IMG/VR virus record: IMGVR_UViG_3300022204_000005
From: a virus
Direction: 5' to 3' (one strand)
DNA: 64,000 nt
Made by a program: the position numbers and the translations under genes
Notes under the pieces: model-generated
Told to the model about the DNA's origin: nothing
Database searches by the model: none
Seen by the model: only the letters and a program-made list of their open reading frames with translations
Shown: piece by piece, positions 18,204 through 28,115 of the stretch
How positions within the stretch are numbered: the first letter of the stretch is position 1
Layout of the letters: every line of letters starts with the position of its first letter

Positions 18204-18843
18204 CATAACCGAGCGGACCTTTGAGGATGCTTGGGGGCTTTATACCGAAGAAATCACTTGGGGTCATTTTGTCGAGGGTGTCGTTGATGAAGTGGGTGGG
18301 GTCACTCGGGAAGGGAATTGGGTCACTCGTTCGGAGGTCTTAAAAAATCTTTCGAGATTTAAGAAAACCCTTCGTGACACTATCCACTGCCAACCCCTAT
18401 CTATTCAAGAGGGTATTGCTCAAGGGTTTGCTGATGAGCTGATTATATCGGCCATCTCTCTTGGCAAAACTAGAAAGTATTTCTTTCGCACGGAGTACAT
18501 ACAGATGGGTTACGTCGAACCCTCTTGGTATCACCTCTATGGGGTTGTTAAAGGAGAGGGGTTCGTGGGCTACAGTTGTATGGAACCTGTACTCATGACC
18601 GCCGATAACAAACTTTTCATGCCCTTTGCCTTTGGTATGGGGGTGAAGAGCATGGAGAAACTTATCCAATGGGTTGTGGCTCAGGCTGGCATTAACGCCC
18701 CTGGCCAAGTCCTTGGGCAACACGGAGTTAACAAAGAACTGGAGAACCTTAGAGGTCTTCTTTACCAAGCCAAGAGTATCGCAGAGACGAGCACTAACCC
18801 CCTGGTGAACGATTACATCCGGGGATTCCTTCAAAACCTTTAG
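18190..18843 (+). CDS. hypothetical protein, family A copy 2
   Basis: first 32 nt identical to 17790. Confidence 0.75.
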   Translation: MKITDITERTFEDAWGLYTEEITWGHFVEGVVDEVGGVTREGNWVTRSEVLKNLSRFKKTLRDTIHCQPLSIQEGIAQGFADELIISAISLGKTRKYFFRTEYIQMGYVEPSWYHLYGVVKGEGFVGYSCMEPVLMTADNKLFMPFAFGMGVKSMEKLIQWVVAQAGINAPGQVLGQHGVNKELENLRGLLYQAKSIAETSTNPLVNDYIRGFLQNL

Positions 18844-18852
18844 AGGTGACAT

Positions 18853-19098
18853 ATGAGCAGAGAACACAGTTGGGATATCCTTTGGGAAGAGCAGAAACAT
18901 GGGCTGAAGGTCGAAGCGACCTCACCTACAGCCGCAAAGCGAGCCGCAAAGGCTCGTCTCCCCCGAACCGGGACGAAAATCAAGTTCTACCCCCACCTCG
19001 AAGGCTGTAACTGCCCTAAGTGGAAACAACCTTGCTGGGCCTGGGAGTTGAACAAAAGACTCGGCGGTACCCCCCTGGCCCGTCTAGCAAATCTTTGA
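18853..19098 (+). CDS. hypothetical basic protein
   Basis: ORF track; GAGG SD. Confidence 0.6.
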   Translation: MSREHSWDILWEEQKHGLKVEATSPTAAKRAAKARLPRTGTKIKFYPHLEGCNCPKWKQPCWAWELNKRLGGTPLARLANL

Positions 19099-19156
19099 AC
19101 TTTTTTTCTAAAATTTCGTCCCTACAGACAATGAGACACCCTATAGGATGAGAGGG
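19095..19156 (+). promoter_or_regulatory. putative phage promoter module Y, copy 1
   Basis: TTGAACTTTTTTT..TTTCGTCCC.ACAGACAATGAGACACCCTATAG..TGAGAGGG near-identical to 21544-21604. Confidence 0.55.
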
Positions 19157-19211
19157 GGGGCAAGGCACCCCCCCTCACCCACACAAACGCACCACACACA
19201 AGAGAGACACA

Positions 19212-19487
19212 ATGGACCAAAACAAATATGGCTACCCTATCGAATGGACCAAAGAGGAGTGCGAGGTTTTGGAGGGGCTTGTTCTCAACGCCCTTCAGAT
19301 TGCAAATGGTCCTGTAGACACACGATGGGTCTGGAGGTTGATCTCCGATAAGAGAGAACTCCCAACTCACCTCAAAAGGTCTTCCCTATGGGATTACATT
19401 GACTTCTGTGTCGAAAGAGCACTCAAACAGGTTGCCAGTCAGAAATGGTGCCTGGGCGGGGAAACCTATAAGAGGACCAATGACTAA
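19212..19487 (+). CDS. hypothetical protein
   Basis: ORF track; CA-rich leader. Confidence 0.7.
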   Translation: MDQNKYGYPIEWTKEECEVLEGLVLNALQIANGPVDTRWVWRLISDKRELPTHLKRSSLWDYIDFCVERALKQVASQKWCLGGETYKRTND

Positions 19488-19695
19488 GCAAAACGAAGAA
19501 GAAAAAACCCCTTCACACTGGGATACGTGCCCGAAAGAGCATTGTATCGAATGTGGGGGGTGTCTCGAAGAAGGTGACAAAGATAGCATCCACCGGGAGT
19601 GTCTTAACATGCTATTGGGGGATAGGGAGCCGGACTGCCGGTCTTGTCATGACCAGGGCTTTTGGTCCTTTGACTGCCCCGATTGTGGGAGGTGA
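19480..19695 (+). CDS. Cys-rich Zn-binding hypothetical protein
   Basis: CIECGGC, CRSC, CPDC motifs; start moved after GAGG SD. Confidence 0.6.
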   Translation: MTKQNEEEKTPSHWDTCPKEHCIECGGCLEEGDKDSIHRECLNMLLGDREPDCRSCHDQGFWSFDCPDCGR

Positions 19696-19699
19696 AAAC

Positions 19700-20110
19700 G
19701 TGGACGCTATCAAAACCTACTTGGAAAGACTAAAGATTGACACCGAGTGGCTGAAGTTCTTTGGGGCTTTGGGTCCCTATAACTACAGCTATAACATCCA
19801 CAAGAATTCTATCTATTTCTTTCTGGGAACAGGGGTCACCCTGGGTTTTGAGGCTTGCTATCGAAAGCACCCTACCGGAGAGTTTGAGTTCTCTCACTGG
19901 TCTGTCTCAATGGGTTTCCCCGATTGGGAAAATGATAACCTCGACCTCCCCGATAAGTATTGGGACATCTACCGGGACTTCGACCTCTCGGAGAAATCCA
20001 TAGAGAGGCAAATCAAGACCTTCTTTAGAGAGTTCTACGAACATCTCGAAGATATCACAATTGAGGTCAATGACAAATTCGAGTGCATCAGGGGGTATTC
20101 AGAGCTATGA
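19700..20110 (+). CDS. hypothetical protein
   Basis: ORF 19553..20110, start moved to GTG after GGAGG SD. Confidence 0.65.
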   Translation: MDAIKTYLERLKIDTEWLKFFGALGPYNYSYNIHKNSIYFFLGTGVTLGFEACYRKHPTGEFEFSHWSVSMGFPDWENDNLDLPDKYWDIYRDFDLSEKSIERQIKTFFREFYEHLEDITIEVNDKFECIRGYSEL

Positions 20111-20385
20111 TTACCGAGGAAATACTTTTTCATGTAATGAAAGAGATGTTGGGCCAGCCTGACTTCGCTTTCACTTTTAACCGAGGACCCTTTGTATTCA
20201 AAATCTCTTTTGAAACTCCCTACATCCACTTAGATATGACCTGGGAGAACGAAGAAGAGGAGAAATATCGGGGGTCCTATAGGAAAGTAACCTCTTCCGA
20301 ATATCTACTAATCCCCGCCATCCTCGACGAGATGGAGGAAAACATGAGGACAGACATTGGCTTGGATAGCGTTCCTCTCCTATAA
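20107..20385 (+). CDS. hypothetical protein
   Basis: ATGA overlap with upstream stop. Confidence 0.6.
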   Translation: MITEEILFHVMKEMLGQPDFAFTFNRGPFVFKISFETPYIHLDMTWENEEEEKYRGSYRKVTSSEYLLIPAILDEMEENMRTDIGLDSVPLL

Positions 20386-20734
20386 CGATCCTGACACGGG
20401 GCTCCAAAAAGAATTGGAAGTCCCCGCCACCTTAACCGTCTGCCCCAAATGTAAGGGCGAGGGTGTTTCCGACCCCGCCGCTTTTGACGGTGGTTTTACC
20501 CAAAGCGAATTCTTCGAGTGCTTCGAGGAGCCCGAAGACCGGATGGATTACTTTAACGGGGTTTATCAAGTCACCTGCACTGACTGTGACGGTGAGAATG
20601 TAGTCCCTTGCATAGACGAAAGAGTTTTTCTACAACAAGACCCTAATGGGAAGTGTCTAGACCCTAGAGGTTCGATACTACTCTCCCTTTGGGAAAAACA
20701 CATTCACTACACCACCACCTACGAGAGAGTATAG
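20357..20734 (+). CDS. DnaJ-type Zn-finger-like protein
   Basis: CPKCKGEG ... CTDCDGEN repeats. Confidence 0.6.
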   Translation: MAWIAFLSYNDPDTGLQKELEVPATLTVCPKCKGEGVSDPAAFDGGFTQSEFFECFEEPEDRMDYFNGVYQVTCTDCDGENVVPCIDERVFLQQDPNGKCLDPRGSILLSLWEKHIHYTTTYERV

Positions 20735-20736
20735 AC

Positions 20737-21195
20737 ATGGGCTGCAATGTAGATGTAAAAGTGGTCATTGGGGTAGTTCTCCCCAGAAGTCTCTTCTTCA
20801 AAGAGATCACCCCCGCCACTAAAAGTTGCCCCCATTACCCCTGGTATCATGGGGGTAACTTTTGTTCAACTTGTGGCTCCCCGAAGGGAACCTTTCCTGA
20901 GTTGGAGGCTCTCCCGCCAGAAGCCTTTGAACTCGGGGATTGGGCGGACCCTTACGGGGAGAGGTGGCTTCATCGATATGGTGAAGACCCCAAAGGAGAT
21001 TATGCCCACGCGCGTCTAATCGGGTTGGCTCTCTTTGACGGAGAGGTGTTCCCCAAATACAGACCGCCACAAGAAGTCCATTGGGAGGAGATTGACCTCC
21101 TAAAGTTAGAAGTAGAGAATTACTTAGCCTCTTTGGGGCTATTTTCTCACGTTGGAGATATATGTCTCCATGTCGTGTCAAACATCTCCTGTTAA
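20737..21195 (+). CDS. hypothetical protein (Zn-ribbon)
   Basis: CPH...FCSTCG; start moved 2 nt after upstream stop. Confidence 0.6.
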   Translation: MGCNVDVKVVIGVVLPRSLFFKEITPATKSCPHYPWYHGGNFCSTCGSPKGTFPELEALPPEAFELGDWADPYGERWLHRYGEDPKGDYAHARLIGLALFDGEVFPKYRPPQEVHWEEIDLLKLEVENYLASLGLFSHVGDICLHVVSNISC

Positions 21196-21223
21196 AGCAC
21201 CTAAAACCTATAAGGTATAAACA

Positions 21224-21547
21224 ATGTCTAAACCTATGATCTATACATGTTCACAATGCGCGGGCTCGGGTGATAACTACATCACCGGGGAACGTTGCCG
21301 AAACTGTGATGGAAAGGGTGAGTATACCGTAGGGGCGGAACTTTACCACGACGACGAAGAGGAGATTGGCCCCCACGAAACCTTCCCCTATAACCTCCAC
21401 TCAGGCGATGAGGTGACGTGGACGGACCCCGACGGCGGGGATAGTCAAGTCCTGAAGATCGTCGCTATCGAATGGCACGACTATAGTATGGCCAAGATCA
21501 CCCACGAGGACGGGTACATCGAAGTGCTGGAAAACGAACTTTCTTGA
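21224..21547 (+). CDS. DnaJ-type Zn-finger-like protein
   Basis: CSQCAGSG...CRNCDGKG. Confidence 0.6.
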   Translation: MSKPMIYTCSQCAGSGDNYITGERCRNCDGKGEYTVGAELYHDDEEEIGPHETFPYNLHSGDEVTWTDPDGGDSQVLKIVAIEWHDYSMAKITHEDGYIEVLENELS

Positions 21548-21604
21548 ACTTTTTTTGAAAGTTTCGTCCCAACAGACAATGAGACACCCTATAGAGTGAG
21601 AGGG
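21544..21604 (+). promoter_or_regulatory. putative phage promoter module Y, copy 2
   Basis: near-identical to 19095-19156; followed by hairpin, CACAAACACAC and ATG. Confidence 0.55.
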
Positions 21605-21663
21605 AGGAGCAAGGCTCTCCCTCTCACTCACACAAACACACCACAACACACGGAGACTACGAT

Positions 21664-22134
21664 ATGTTTGGACTTTGGAACGATTGCCCCGAAAATGCCA
21701 AAGTTGCTTGGGGAGCCCGAGCCATTCTCAATAATGGCTCAATTGATATCCTTTGGGATAGGCAATCCGCCCGTACACCCAACAAAGAAACCGCTGAGGC
21801 TTTTAACCGAGTCCTTAACAAAGAGGTGCTCCCCGTTGTCCGTAAACGGGTTAAAGAGCTTTGTAACTCTTGTGAGATGAGTGGGAGCGAAAATAAGCTC
21901 TTCACCCTCTACCACAAGCACGGTATCACCGTATACGGTAACACAAACGGAAGCCACGGGTATCTCTACTTGATTGGCTTCGTGGACCATGATATCATGG
22001 ACGGAGCCGAGGTGCCCCCGCTGGGTTCTATCGTCGGTGTAACCAGTCAAGTGATTGGTTACACTACCTATATGGGTCGACAACTGCTTTGCCTGAGCCA
22101 AGGTTCTGGTAAATCTAAAATCAAGGAGCTGTAA
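21664..22134 (+). CDS. hypothetical protein
   Basis: ORF track; CA-rich leader and GGAG SD. Confidence 0.7.
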   Translation: MFGLWNDCPENAKVAWGARAILNNGSIDILWDRQSARTPNKETAEAFNRVLNKEVLPVVRKRVKELCNSCEMSGSENKLFTLYHKHGITVYGNTNGSHGYLYLIGFVDHDIMDGAEVPPLGSIVGVTSQVIGYTTYMGRQLLCLSQGSGKSKIKEL

Positions 22135-22135
22135 G

Positions 22136-22630
22136 ATGAAAAAAGAAGAACTTGACGAAGCCCGCCAGCAGCACAGCAAAAAGTTCTCCGAGTTTTTGGA
22201 CTTGGTTGGTGAAAGGGATTTCAAAGCACTTTGTACCTTCACCAGACAACTCTTGTATAAGGAGTCTGAGCTTATTGGTAATTTGTCCCTGAATCAGGTA
22301 CAAATCGAACGGCTCAAAAAGAGTATTGAACTTTACTACGCTTTAGAAAAGGACCTCAATCGTATCCTTGATGAAGATGAGGGGGAGCCTGAGCCCGTCT
22401 ACGTCTCCTATTGGTTTCGGGACTGTGACCTCTGCGAGAGTTCTGGAGCCTATAAATTCAATTCCTTCATCGAATACAAACAGTGGGAGAGAGATTTTCT
22501 TTCTGATGCAGAAGGGCCGCAATCCTACAGCATCATTACTGAAGAGGACTTCAAGGAAATCGTACCTTTCACGCGAGATCGCGTCCTAGAGGCGTTCGAG
22601 AACGGACACGGGACCAAGGTCATCCTCTAA
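22136..22630 (+). CDS. hypothetical protein
   Basis: ORF track; AAGGAG SD. Confidence 0.7.
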   Translation: MKKEELDEARQQHSKKFSEFLDLVGERDFKALCTFTRQLLYKESELIGNLSLNQVQIERLKKSIELYYALEKDLNRILDEDEGEPEPVYVSYWFRDCDLCESSGAYKFNSFIEYKQWERDFLSDAEGPQSYSIITEEDFKEIVPFTRDRVLEAFENGHGTKVIL

Positions 22631-22707
22631 CCTTACTCGCAGCCTGAGCCACCATATGGACGCTCAGGCAGTGAGTCACCACACCCTTCTATAGAGAGAC
22701 ATACGCT

Positions 22708-23028
22708 ATGGACGCTTCAGTCATTCAATTCCTAAAGAGAGCTTACCTCGACTATCTGGATCTCGAAAGGCACCCCAAGGGTGGCTGGATGATTTGCGGA
22801 GCTTTTGCCGAGGATTTCTCGAATCCTTGGACGAATCTCTCCAAAAACCACCCTGAGATTCAGGGTCTTACAATCGAGAAATACATTCTTGATTATGTGC
22901 TGGAGAAGGAAGCGGCTTTGGAGGGTATCCGAGTGGAAACCATCCAAGTCAATTTTCGAGAAAACAGCCTAATTTTCTTCGAGGCCGACGAAACTGAGCA
23001 CTCTTACACCTTGTGTGAGGACATTTGA
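22708..23028 (+). CDS. hypothetical protein
   Basis: ORF track. Confidence 0.6.
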   Translation: MDASVIQFLKRAYLDYLDLERHPKGGWMICGAFAEDFSNPWTNLSKNHPEIQGLTIEKYILDYVLEKEAALEGIRVETIQVNFRENSLIFFEADETEHSYTLCEDI

Positions 23029-23398
23029 AATGTTTTTCATATCTCAGGTCACCCCAACGGACCAACCTTTCATCGCTTCCGTACCCATTGACCGTCTGTT
23101 TTTGAAAAAGATTCAAAAGCTGGTAGAGAGTGTGGATTACGAGGAACACTTTAGCATCAAAGTGTTTTATCCTTATCCGGTGAGGGTAAAGGATGTGGCC
23201 TGGCCTTCTCGTTGGTGGGAAAAGGTCTTCGGAAATGAGGACCTTTCTATATGCCAAAAAAAGGATATAGGTGGTGCGGGGCTCGTTAAAAACTTTGGCT
23301 GTTGGGTCGAAGTTAGTAAGGACGGTGCGTTAGCCTTCCATATCCATCTGGATAAGGACTCCCCAAACATCACTACTGACCATTTCATCTACTTCTAA
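23015..23398 (+). CDS. hypothetical protein
   Basis: ORF track; start uncertain (ATG 23030 possible). Confidence 0.6.
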   Translation: MRTFEMFFISQVTPTDQPFIASVPIDRLFLKKIQKLVESVDYEEHFSIKVFYPYPVRVKDVAWPSRWWEKVFGNEDLSICQKKDIGGAGLVKNFGCWVEVSKDGALAFHIHLDKDSPNITTDHFIYF

Positions 23399-23401
23399 AG
23401 T

Positions 23402-23863
23402 ATGAAATACCCTATACTTGTTCAACTAGGAAATTTCTCCGGGTATGTAATCACATACCCGGATTTCCCCGAACTGAAGTCTTACACGAAAAACATTGGC
23501 GAGGTCACAAAGGTAGCCGAAGAAGACCTTTGCGCTTGGGCAAAAAAGATGGTGGACCGAGGCAAGACTCTACCGGAACCTACCGATTACAAAATCGTCG
23601 ATAAGCAGAAACCCAGAGGAAATACAGTTCTCTTCGTCTCTATACCGGATACGCCAAAAACAAAAGCCACTAAGAAAACCATTGCGGTGGTATTCAAAGT
23701 CACACTCCATTCTTCTGGGTCAGAGGAATTGTCCCCCGAAAGGATTGAGGATTTGGTATCGGACCTTGACTACACCATCCGAGAGAGTGTAGACTCGGAC
23801 GGTAAGGTCATGGTTTGGGACACAGAACTATGTCGCTGGACTGAAGACCTCTCTATACTATAA
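23402..23863 (+). CDS. HicB-like antitoxin-domain protein (orphan)
   Basis: MKYPILV...GYVITYPDFPEL...AEEDL....GKTLPEPT matches the HicB N-terminal pattern; no adjacent HicA. Confidence 0.7.
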   Translation: MKYPILVQLGNFSGYVITYPDFPELKSYTKNIGEVTKVAEEDLCAWAKKMVDRGKTLPEPTDYKIVDKQKPRGNTVLFVSIPDTPKTKATKKTIAVVFKVTLHSSGSEELSPERIEDLVSDLDYTIRESVDSDGKVMVWDTELCRWTEDLSIL

Positions 23864-23893
23864 ACCACAACTATAAACCACGGAGACACCACC

Positions 23894-24202
23894 ATGAGAA
23901 AGATTACCGCCAAGATGTACAAAGCCTTTTGTGAAGGCAAAGAAGCCTCTCTGGGGAACACGGTAGTAACCAAAGACGAAGTTATCCTCTTTGGTCACCC
24001 CATCGTCAAACGGCACCCGAAGCACCCGAAGACGAAAATCTTGGTTCGTACCTGGGGGTATGAAACCACTACCACAAAGGATCGTCTCGGTGCGTTTGTC
24101 CCCGTGTACCAAAAAAACCATGTCTGGTATGTAGGCGATGACGCCTGGGAAGACAATTACGACTGGACCTCATTCGATTGGGACTACAATGTCAAAAATT
24201 GA
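23894..24202 (+). CDS. conserved phage hypothetical protein (GYETTTTKDRL motif)
   Basis: ORF track; GGAG SD. Confidence 0.7.
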   Translation: MRKITAKMYKAFCEGKEASLGNTVVTKDEVILFGHPIVKRHPKHPKTKILVRTWGYETTTTKDRLGAFVPVYQKNHVWYVGDDAWEDNYDWTSFDWDYNVKN

Positions 24203-24824
24203 AATCTATTTCAAAGACGAGAAAGTGAGTGAAATGGTCACTCACTTTCTCAAATTGCCAAAACCCTATACCCCTGGACAAACCCTTATAAACCATGTTG
24301 GGGCAGAACTGCTAATAAAATTGGCAGACGCCAACCTTTGTTACTACGCCCATTGGGAAACCTATGGTCCATGCAGAACTTTTGCCTGGAAAGGGATTTG
24401 GGAACTCATCCGAGATACTCCCCAAAAGAGCAATCTTTATCAAAATCTTTACGAGAAAGGCTCAGGGGTAGAAGACCTCTTCTATTCCTATAGACAAAAC
24501 CTCCTCTTTGATAAAGTCCAAGCCTTCATCAACGGAGATATCCCTGAAGAGGAAGTGGACGAGAGTGTGAAGGCACTCTATTCAGAAGCAGATGTGACCC
24601 TAAAGGAGGCTGTTGATTTTTGGGATGGTATTCCCCGGACGGTGTACAATCTGCTTAGAGTAGCAGTACACCTTCAGAACCTTTGGATAAAGGACCCCGG
24701 TCTTGGTGAAGAGTTTTTCAAAATCCTGATGGAAGACTCTTTTAAGAAGGATATGCTTTTTGAGCTAAGTGTTCTCACGAACACCTACTACAATCTAGTG
24801 CATAGGCACAAGGAAAAGAAATGA
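24189..24824 (+). CDS. hypothetical protein
   Basis: ORF 24138..24824, start moved to MSKIEIY. Confidence 0.65.
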   Translation: MSKIEIYFKDEKVSEMVTHFLKLPKPYTPGQTLINHVGAELLIKLADANLCYYAHWETYGPCRTFAWKGIWELIRDTPQKSNLYQNLYEKGSGVEDLFYSYRQNLLFDKVQAFINGDIPEEEVDESVKALYSEADVTLKEAVDFWDGIPRTVYNLLRVAVHLQNLWIKDPGLGEEFFKILMEDSFKKDMLFELSVLTNTYYNLVHRHKEKK

Positions 24825-25096
24825 CCAAGATGGGTTGGTATGCCGAAATGAATTCTTGCCGGAAGGGTGAGGATTATGTGTTGAGTAATACCCCCTGTGA
24901 TACAAAGCAAGAGGCCACTGCAAAGGCTCTGGAGATGTACCGAAAAGTACAGCAGGATTACACTGTGGCCTATTATGTCATCGGAGTAGCATTGTATTCT
25001 GGCCAAGAGGACCCGCACCCGGTATGGGAGTATGAAACCCTATACTGCTCAGACAAAACTCGGGTCGGGGACGGTTGGTCTTACCCCCGACATTAA
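24821..25096 (+). CDS. hypothetical protein, paralog of 25110..25343
   Basis: WYAE...PC...A..KA.EMY...DY.V..Y.IG shared. Confidence 0.7.
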   Translation: MTKMGWYAEMNSCRKGEDYVLSNTPCDTKQEATAKALEMYRKVQQDYTVAYYVIGVALYSGQEDPHPVWEYETLYCSDKTRVGDGWSYPRH

Positions 25097-25109
25097 GAGG
25101 TTATTAACA

Positions 25110-25343
25110 ATGTGGTATGCAGAAGCTAACATTGACTACCAAGACACCCGCATTCCCTGTTCCTCAAGAGAAGATGCTGTAACGAAGGCCAGGGAGATGT
25201 ATGAAACTAAGGTAAGGCATGATTATAGTGTAAAACACTATATGATTGGCATTTGCGAATATGAGGGCGATTCCGTATTGAGAGTCCAGACCCTCTATTC
25301 GGAGTCGAGAGAGAATGTGCACTCTCAGGAAATGACAAAGTAG
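25110..25343 (+). CDS. hypothetical protein, paralog of 24821..25096
   Basis: shared motif; GAGG SD. Confidence 0.7.
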   Translation: MWYAEANIDYQDTRIPCSSREDAVTKAREMYETKVRHDYSVKHYMIGICEYEGDSVLRVQTLYSESRENVHSQEMTK

Positions 25344-25372
25344 TTGACAACGCCGGGGGGAGGCTATACTAT
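25344..25372 (+). promoter_or_regulatory. sigma70-type promoter
   Basis: TTGACA-17-TACTAT directly after a stop codon; spacer CCGGGG..AG as in promoters at 36447, 37052, 45746. Confidence 0.6.
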
Positions 25373-25431
25373 CGAGACACTGCCCTGTAGAAGGGGGCTC
25401 CACTACAACACACACGACTACAACACACACC

Positions 25432-25641
25432 ATGACCTTTATAGCAGACTCGGGCGTCGAATACTCCGAAGAGGAAGTATTCGATATGCTCTCAGGACAC
25501 ACCCCTTGTACAGTGTTCTGCCCCAATTGTGGGGAACAGGTAGAGATTTCAGTCTCTACCTGTAACGAAGAGTGCCCGTACTGCTATGAGGACGGGATGC
25601 TCACTTCCATACCTTTGCAATACGAGAGAGACCATGACTAA
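25432..25641 (+). CDS. small Zn-ribbon protein
   Basis: CPNC...CPYC; CA-rich leader. Confidence 0.65.
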   Translation: MTFIADSGVEYSEEEVFDMLSGHTPCTVFCPNCGEQVEISVSTCNEECPYCYEDGMLTSIPLQYERDHD

Positions 25642-26263
25642 AATCAAAAGTCGAGAAGAGCTGCTGCGTGAAAGCCGTTTGTTTACCGAGTTGACCGACT
25701 CGGTGAAGAAGTTTTACTACACAAACGGGCATGGGGGATTGACACCGGTGTATTACCACCGTAAAAACACACAGACCTCTGAGATTTTGGACCTCTTTCG
25801 TAAAGATTTGGACGAGTCTGGGCTTACGGAGGTTACCTTCGAGGTTATTGAGGTGCAAGTCGTTGCAGGGAGCCCTGGGTTCAAAGTTATCTTTACCCAG
25901 GAAGAGCCTGTGGAGGAAGAAGAACCTGTAGACCCGGCACCTTTTGACCTTATCAAGATACTGGACATTTCAAACCACCATATTACCTCGTCGGACCATG
26001 ATAAGTTGCTGGACATAAAGGCTATGGGGCTTAATGCCTCAAATTTCTTTGCGGTCCATAGTAGGACGGGCTGGTGGACACTTTATACTCTCCATGAGGA
26101 CCCGGAGTGGCAAGTCGTTTGTGAGTTTTGGGAGAAGAGGGGTATGTCGACCGGCTTCTTTCAAGTCCTGAAGCTGGCTCGACAGCTCGAAGTGGATGAG
26201 GTTTGGATACATCCCTACGGACCCGAATACTGCGTCCCCGAATTGTCGCTCTTTGAATGGTAA
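25634..26263 (+). CDS. protein with C-terminal DUF5983-like domain
   Basis: ILDISNHHIT...F.QVLKLARQLEVDEVWIHPYGP; paralog 27798. Confidence 0.55.
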   Translation: MTKIKSREELLRESRLFTELTDSVKKFYYTNGHGGLTPVYYHRKNTQTSEILDLFRKDLDESGLTEVTFEVIEVQVVAGSPGFKVIFTQEEPVEEEEPVDPAPFDLIKILDISNHHITSSDHDKLLDIKAMGLNASNFFAVHSRTGWWTLYTLHEDPEWQVVCEFWEKRGMSTGFFQVLKLARQLEVDEVWIHPYGPEYCVPELSLFEW

Positions 26264-26269
26264 AGAATT

Positions 26270-26917
26270 ATGACCCCCGAAGAAATAGAACAACACACCT
26301 TTGAAGAGGTTTGGGATGCGTACCTCACTCTAGTAAAGGAAAGACTAGAGGATCGTTTTACCTATCATACAGGTACTGCTTCTTCGAGGGTCTCTCAACT
26401 TAGGTCCTTTAAGAAAAGGACGATGGTTGTTTTCCACGGACAATCTATACAAGCACAGGAATACATTGTTCAGGGGTTTCATTCGGGGAGTATCGCCTCT
26501 CGGATAAGAAATTCCGAGGCATTATGGTTTTACTTTGCGGAGGCGAATTATCATAGGGGGATATACTCCCCTGCGGAAGATTGGGGTCCTCAGTCCAATT
26601 ATGTGAGGATGACTAAAGATAAAAAACTATTTATGCCCTTCTCCTTTGGTATGGGGAAGGCTAGCCAGAAGAAACTCCTCATCACTAGCCTAGCTGCCCC
26701 AACAGCAGACCTATCGAAAACCTTAGAGCAATTGCGAGGTATCTTCTATCAACTTGACCAAGTGCTGGATAACTCTTGGGACCCTTTAGTCAAAGACTAT
26801 TTGGGTCAGTATGTAAAGGGACGCTTTTCTGACCTCTATTGGAAGAGAGTCATTGAGAAAAAAGAACTCGACAAATTGGAGAAAGCGAACGATGACAATC
26901 AACAAAACGATTCTTGA
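26270..26917 (+). CDS. hypothetical protein, family A copy 3
   Basis: TFEEVWDAY...MTKDKKLFMPFSFGMGK...LEQLRGIFYQ aligns with 18190. Confidence 0.7.
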   Translation: MTPEEIEQHTFEEVWDAYLTLVKERLEDRFTYHTGTASSRVSQLRSFKKRTMVVFHGQSIQAQEYIVQGFHSGSIASRIRNSEALWFYFAEANYHRGIYSPAEDWGPQSNYVRMTKDKKLFMPFSFGMGKASQKKLLITSLAAPTADLSKTLEQLRGIFYQLDQVLDNSWDPLVKDYLGQYVKGRFSDLYWKRVIEKKELDKLEKANDDNQQNDS

Positions 26918-27155
26918 AGACATCCTTGAAGATAACGGCTGCTCGGAGGAACAAATCACAAACATCCTCACGAATCTCGAAAGGGAAGAAGAGGAATACG
27001 AGGAGGCCCGTATTGAAGCAATGGCTGCTCAAGAGGATGAATGGCGTATCCACGGGTGCGATGATTACTACGACCCCATTCTTGGGGTTTCCGACGATGA
27101 CTTCGGTCTCAACTACCCCGTGAATGATGCCGGGGAGCCTATTGGTTACTGCTAA
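26892..27155 (+). CDS. hypothetical acidic protein
   Basis: ORF 26853..27155, start moved after GGAG SD. Confidence 0.65.
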   Translation: MTINKTILEDILEDNGCSEEQITNILTNLEREEEEYEEARIEAMAAQEDEWRIHGCDDYYDPILGVSDDDFGLNYPVNDAGEPIGYC

Positions 27156-27781
27156 TGTCTCACGTCGAACTTAGCTTCCGGGGAAACCCTTGGGAATCCC
27201 CGATAAAAGACCTCTTAGAGGAATACTCTTTCCAAAGAAATCGCTCTGACTCCAGTAAACACATCTATTCTGAACTGATGTACCCCGACATGATGGACGT
27301 CTTTCTTTCTGAAGTACAAGAGGCAGGTCAGTGTCTTGTGGGACACGCCGCTTTGTTTGAAGAAGAAAGAGTAGAGATGTTCTTTTGTTGGAAGGACCTC
27401 TGTTTAGACTATAGTGTAGACCCACATACCCACCACCTACTTGGTCTAGAGTACCGGAGCATTGCCTTTTTGAGAAGGGAGGTATCACATTGGGTCTATC
27501 ACACCGACATAGAGAGTCTGACGATTGACAATCTCTTTGAGAGGGTGTTCTTTCAAGACTCTTATGACCATAGTCTAAACAAGGGTATAGAACTGGTAAG
27601 GGGTTGGCCTGACAAAGTTGACAAAGAGACCTTCTATGAGATAGACACCTATCTCAGGAAAGTGAAAGACAGGAGTGACCGTACACTCCTATACCAATAC
27701 ACACACGACACCTTGATTCAGAAAGAAGAATGGGAGTATACGCCTGTACTGGCAAATACTCTCTATCTAGCCAACAAGTAA
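27155..27781 (+). CDS. hypothetical protein
   Basis: ORF track; TAATG overlap. Confidence 0.65.
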   Translation: MSHVELSFRGNPWESPIKDLLEEYSFQRNRSDSSKHIYSELMYPDMMDVFLSEVQEAGQCLVGHAALFEEERVEMFFCWKDLCLDYSVDPHTHHLLGLEYRSIAFLRREVSHWVYHTDIESLTIDNLFERVFFQDSYDHSLNKGIELVRGWPDKVDKETFYEIDTYLRKVKDRSDRTLLYQYTHDTLIQKEEWEYTPVLANTLYLANK

Positions 27782-27797
27782 ACTTGGAGAAAGACCT

Positions 27798-28109
27798 ATG
27801 TTCCACCTCACTAAAGTCTTGAACGTATCCACTGCGCATATCACGTATGTGGATAACGCTATCCTCTCTATGAGCAAAATGGAGTTGCACCCCAGCCTTT
27901 ACGAAGTGAAGGACGGGGGATACCGCATCTATATCACTAAAGATGCCCATGACTGGCTAGACACTTGCGCAACATGGACGGACCATGATATGACAGATTC
28001 GTTCATGAAGCTCCTCACCTTGGCCAAAGTGCTTGATGTAGATGAAATCAACATTGACAAAGATGGTTGTATCTATGATACTATACATCTAAACCTTCAC
28101 GAGTGGTGA
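27798..28109 (+). CDS. DUF5983-like protein
   Basis: VLNVSTAHIT...LLTLAKVLDVDEINIDKDG. Confidence 0.6.
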   Translation: MFHLTKVLNVSTAHITYVDNAILSMSKMELHPSLYEVKDGGYRIYITKDAHDWLDTCATWTDHDMTDSFMKLLTLAKVLDVDEINIDKDGCIYDTIHLNLHEW

Positions 28110-28115
28110 ACCACC

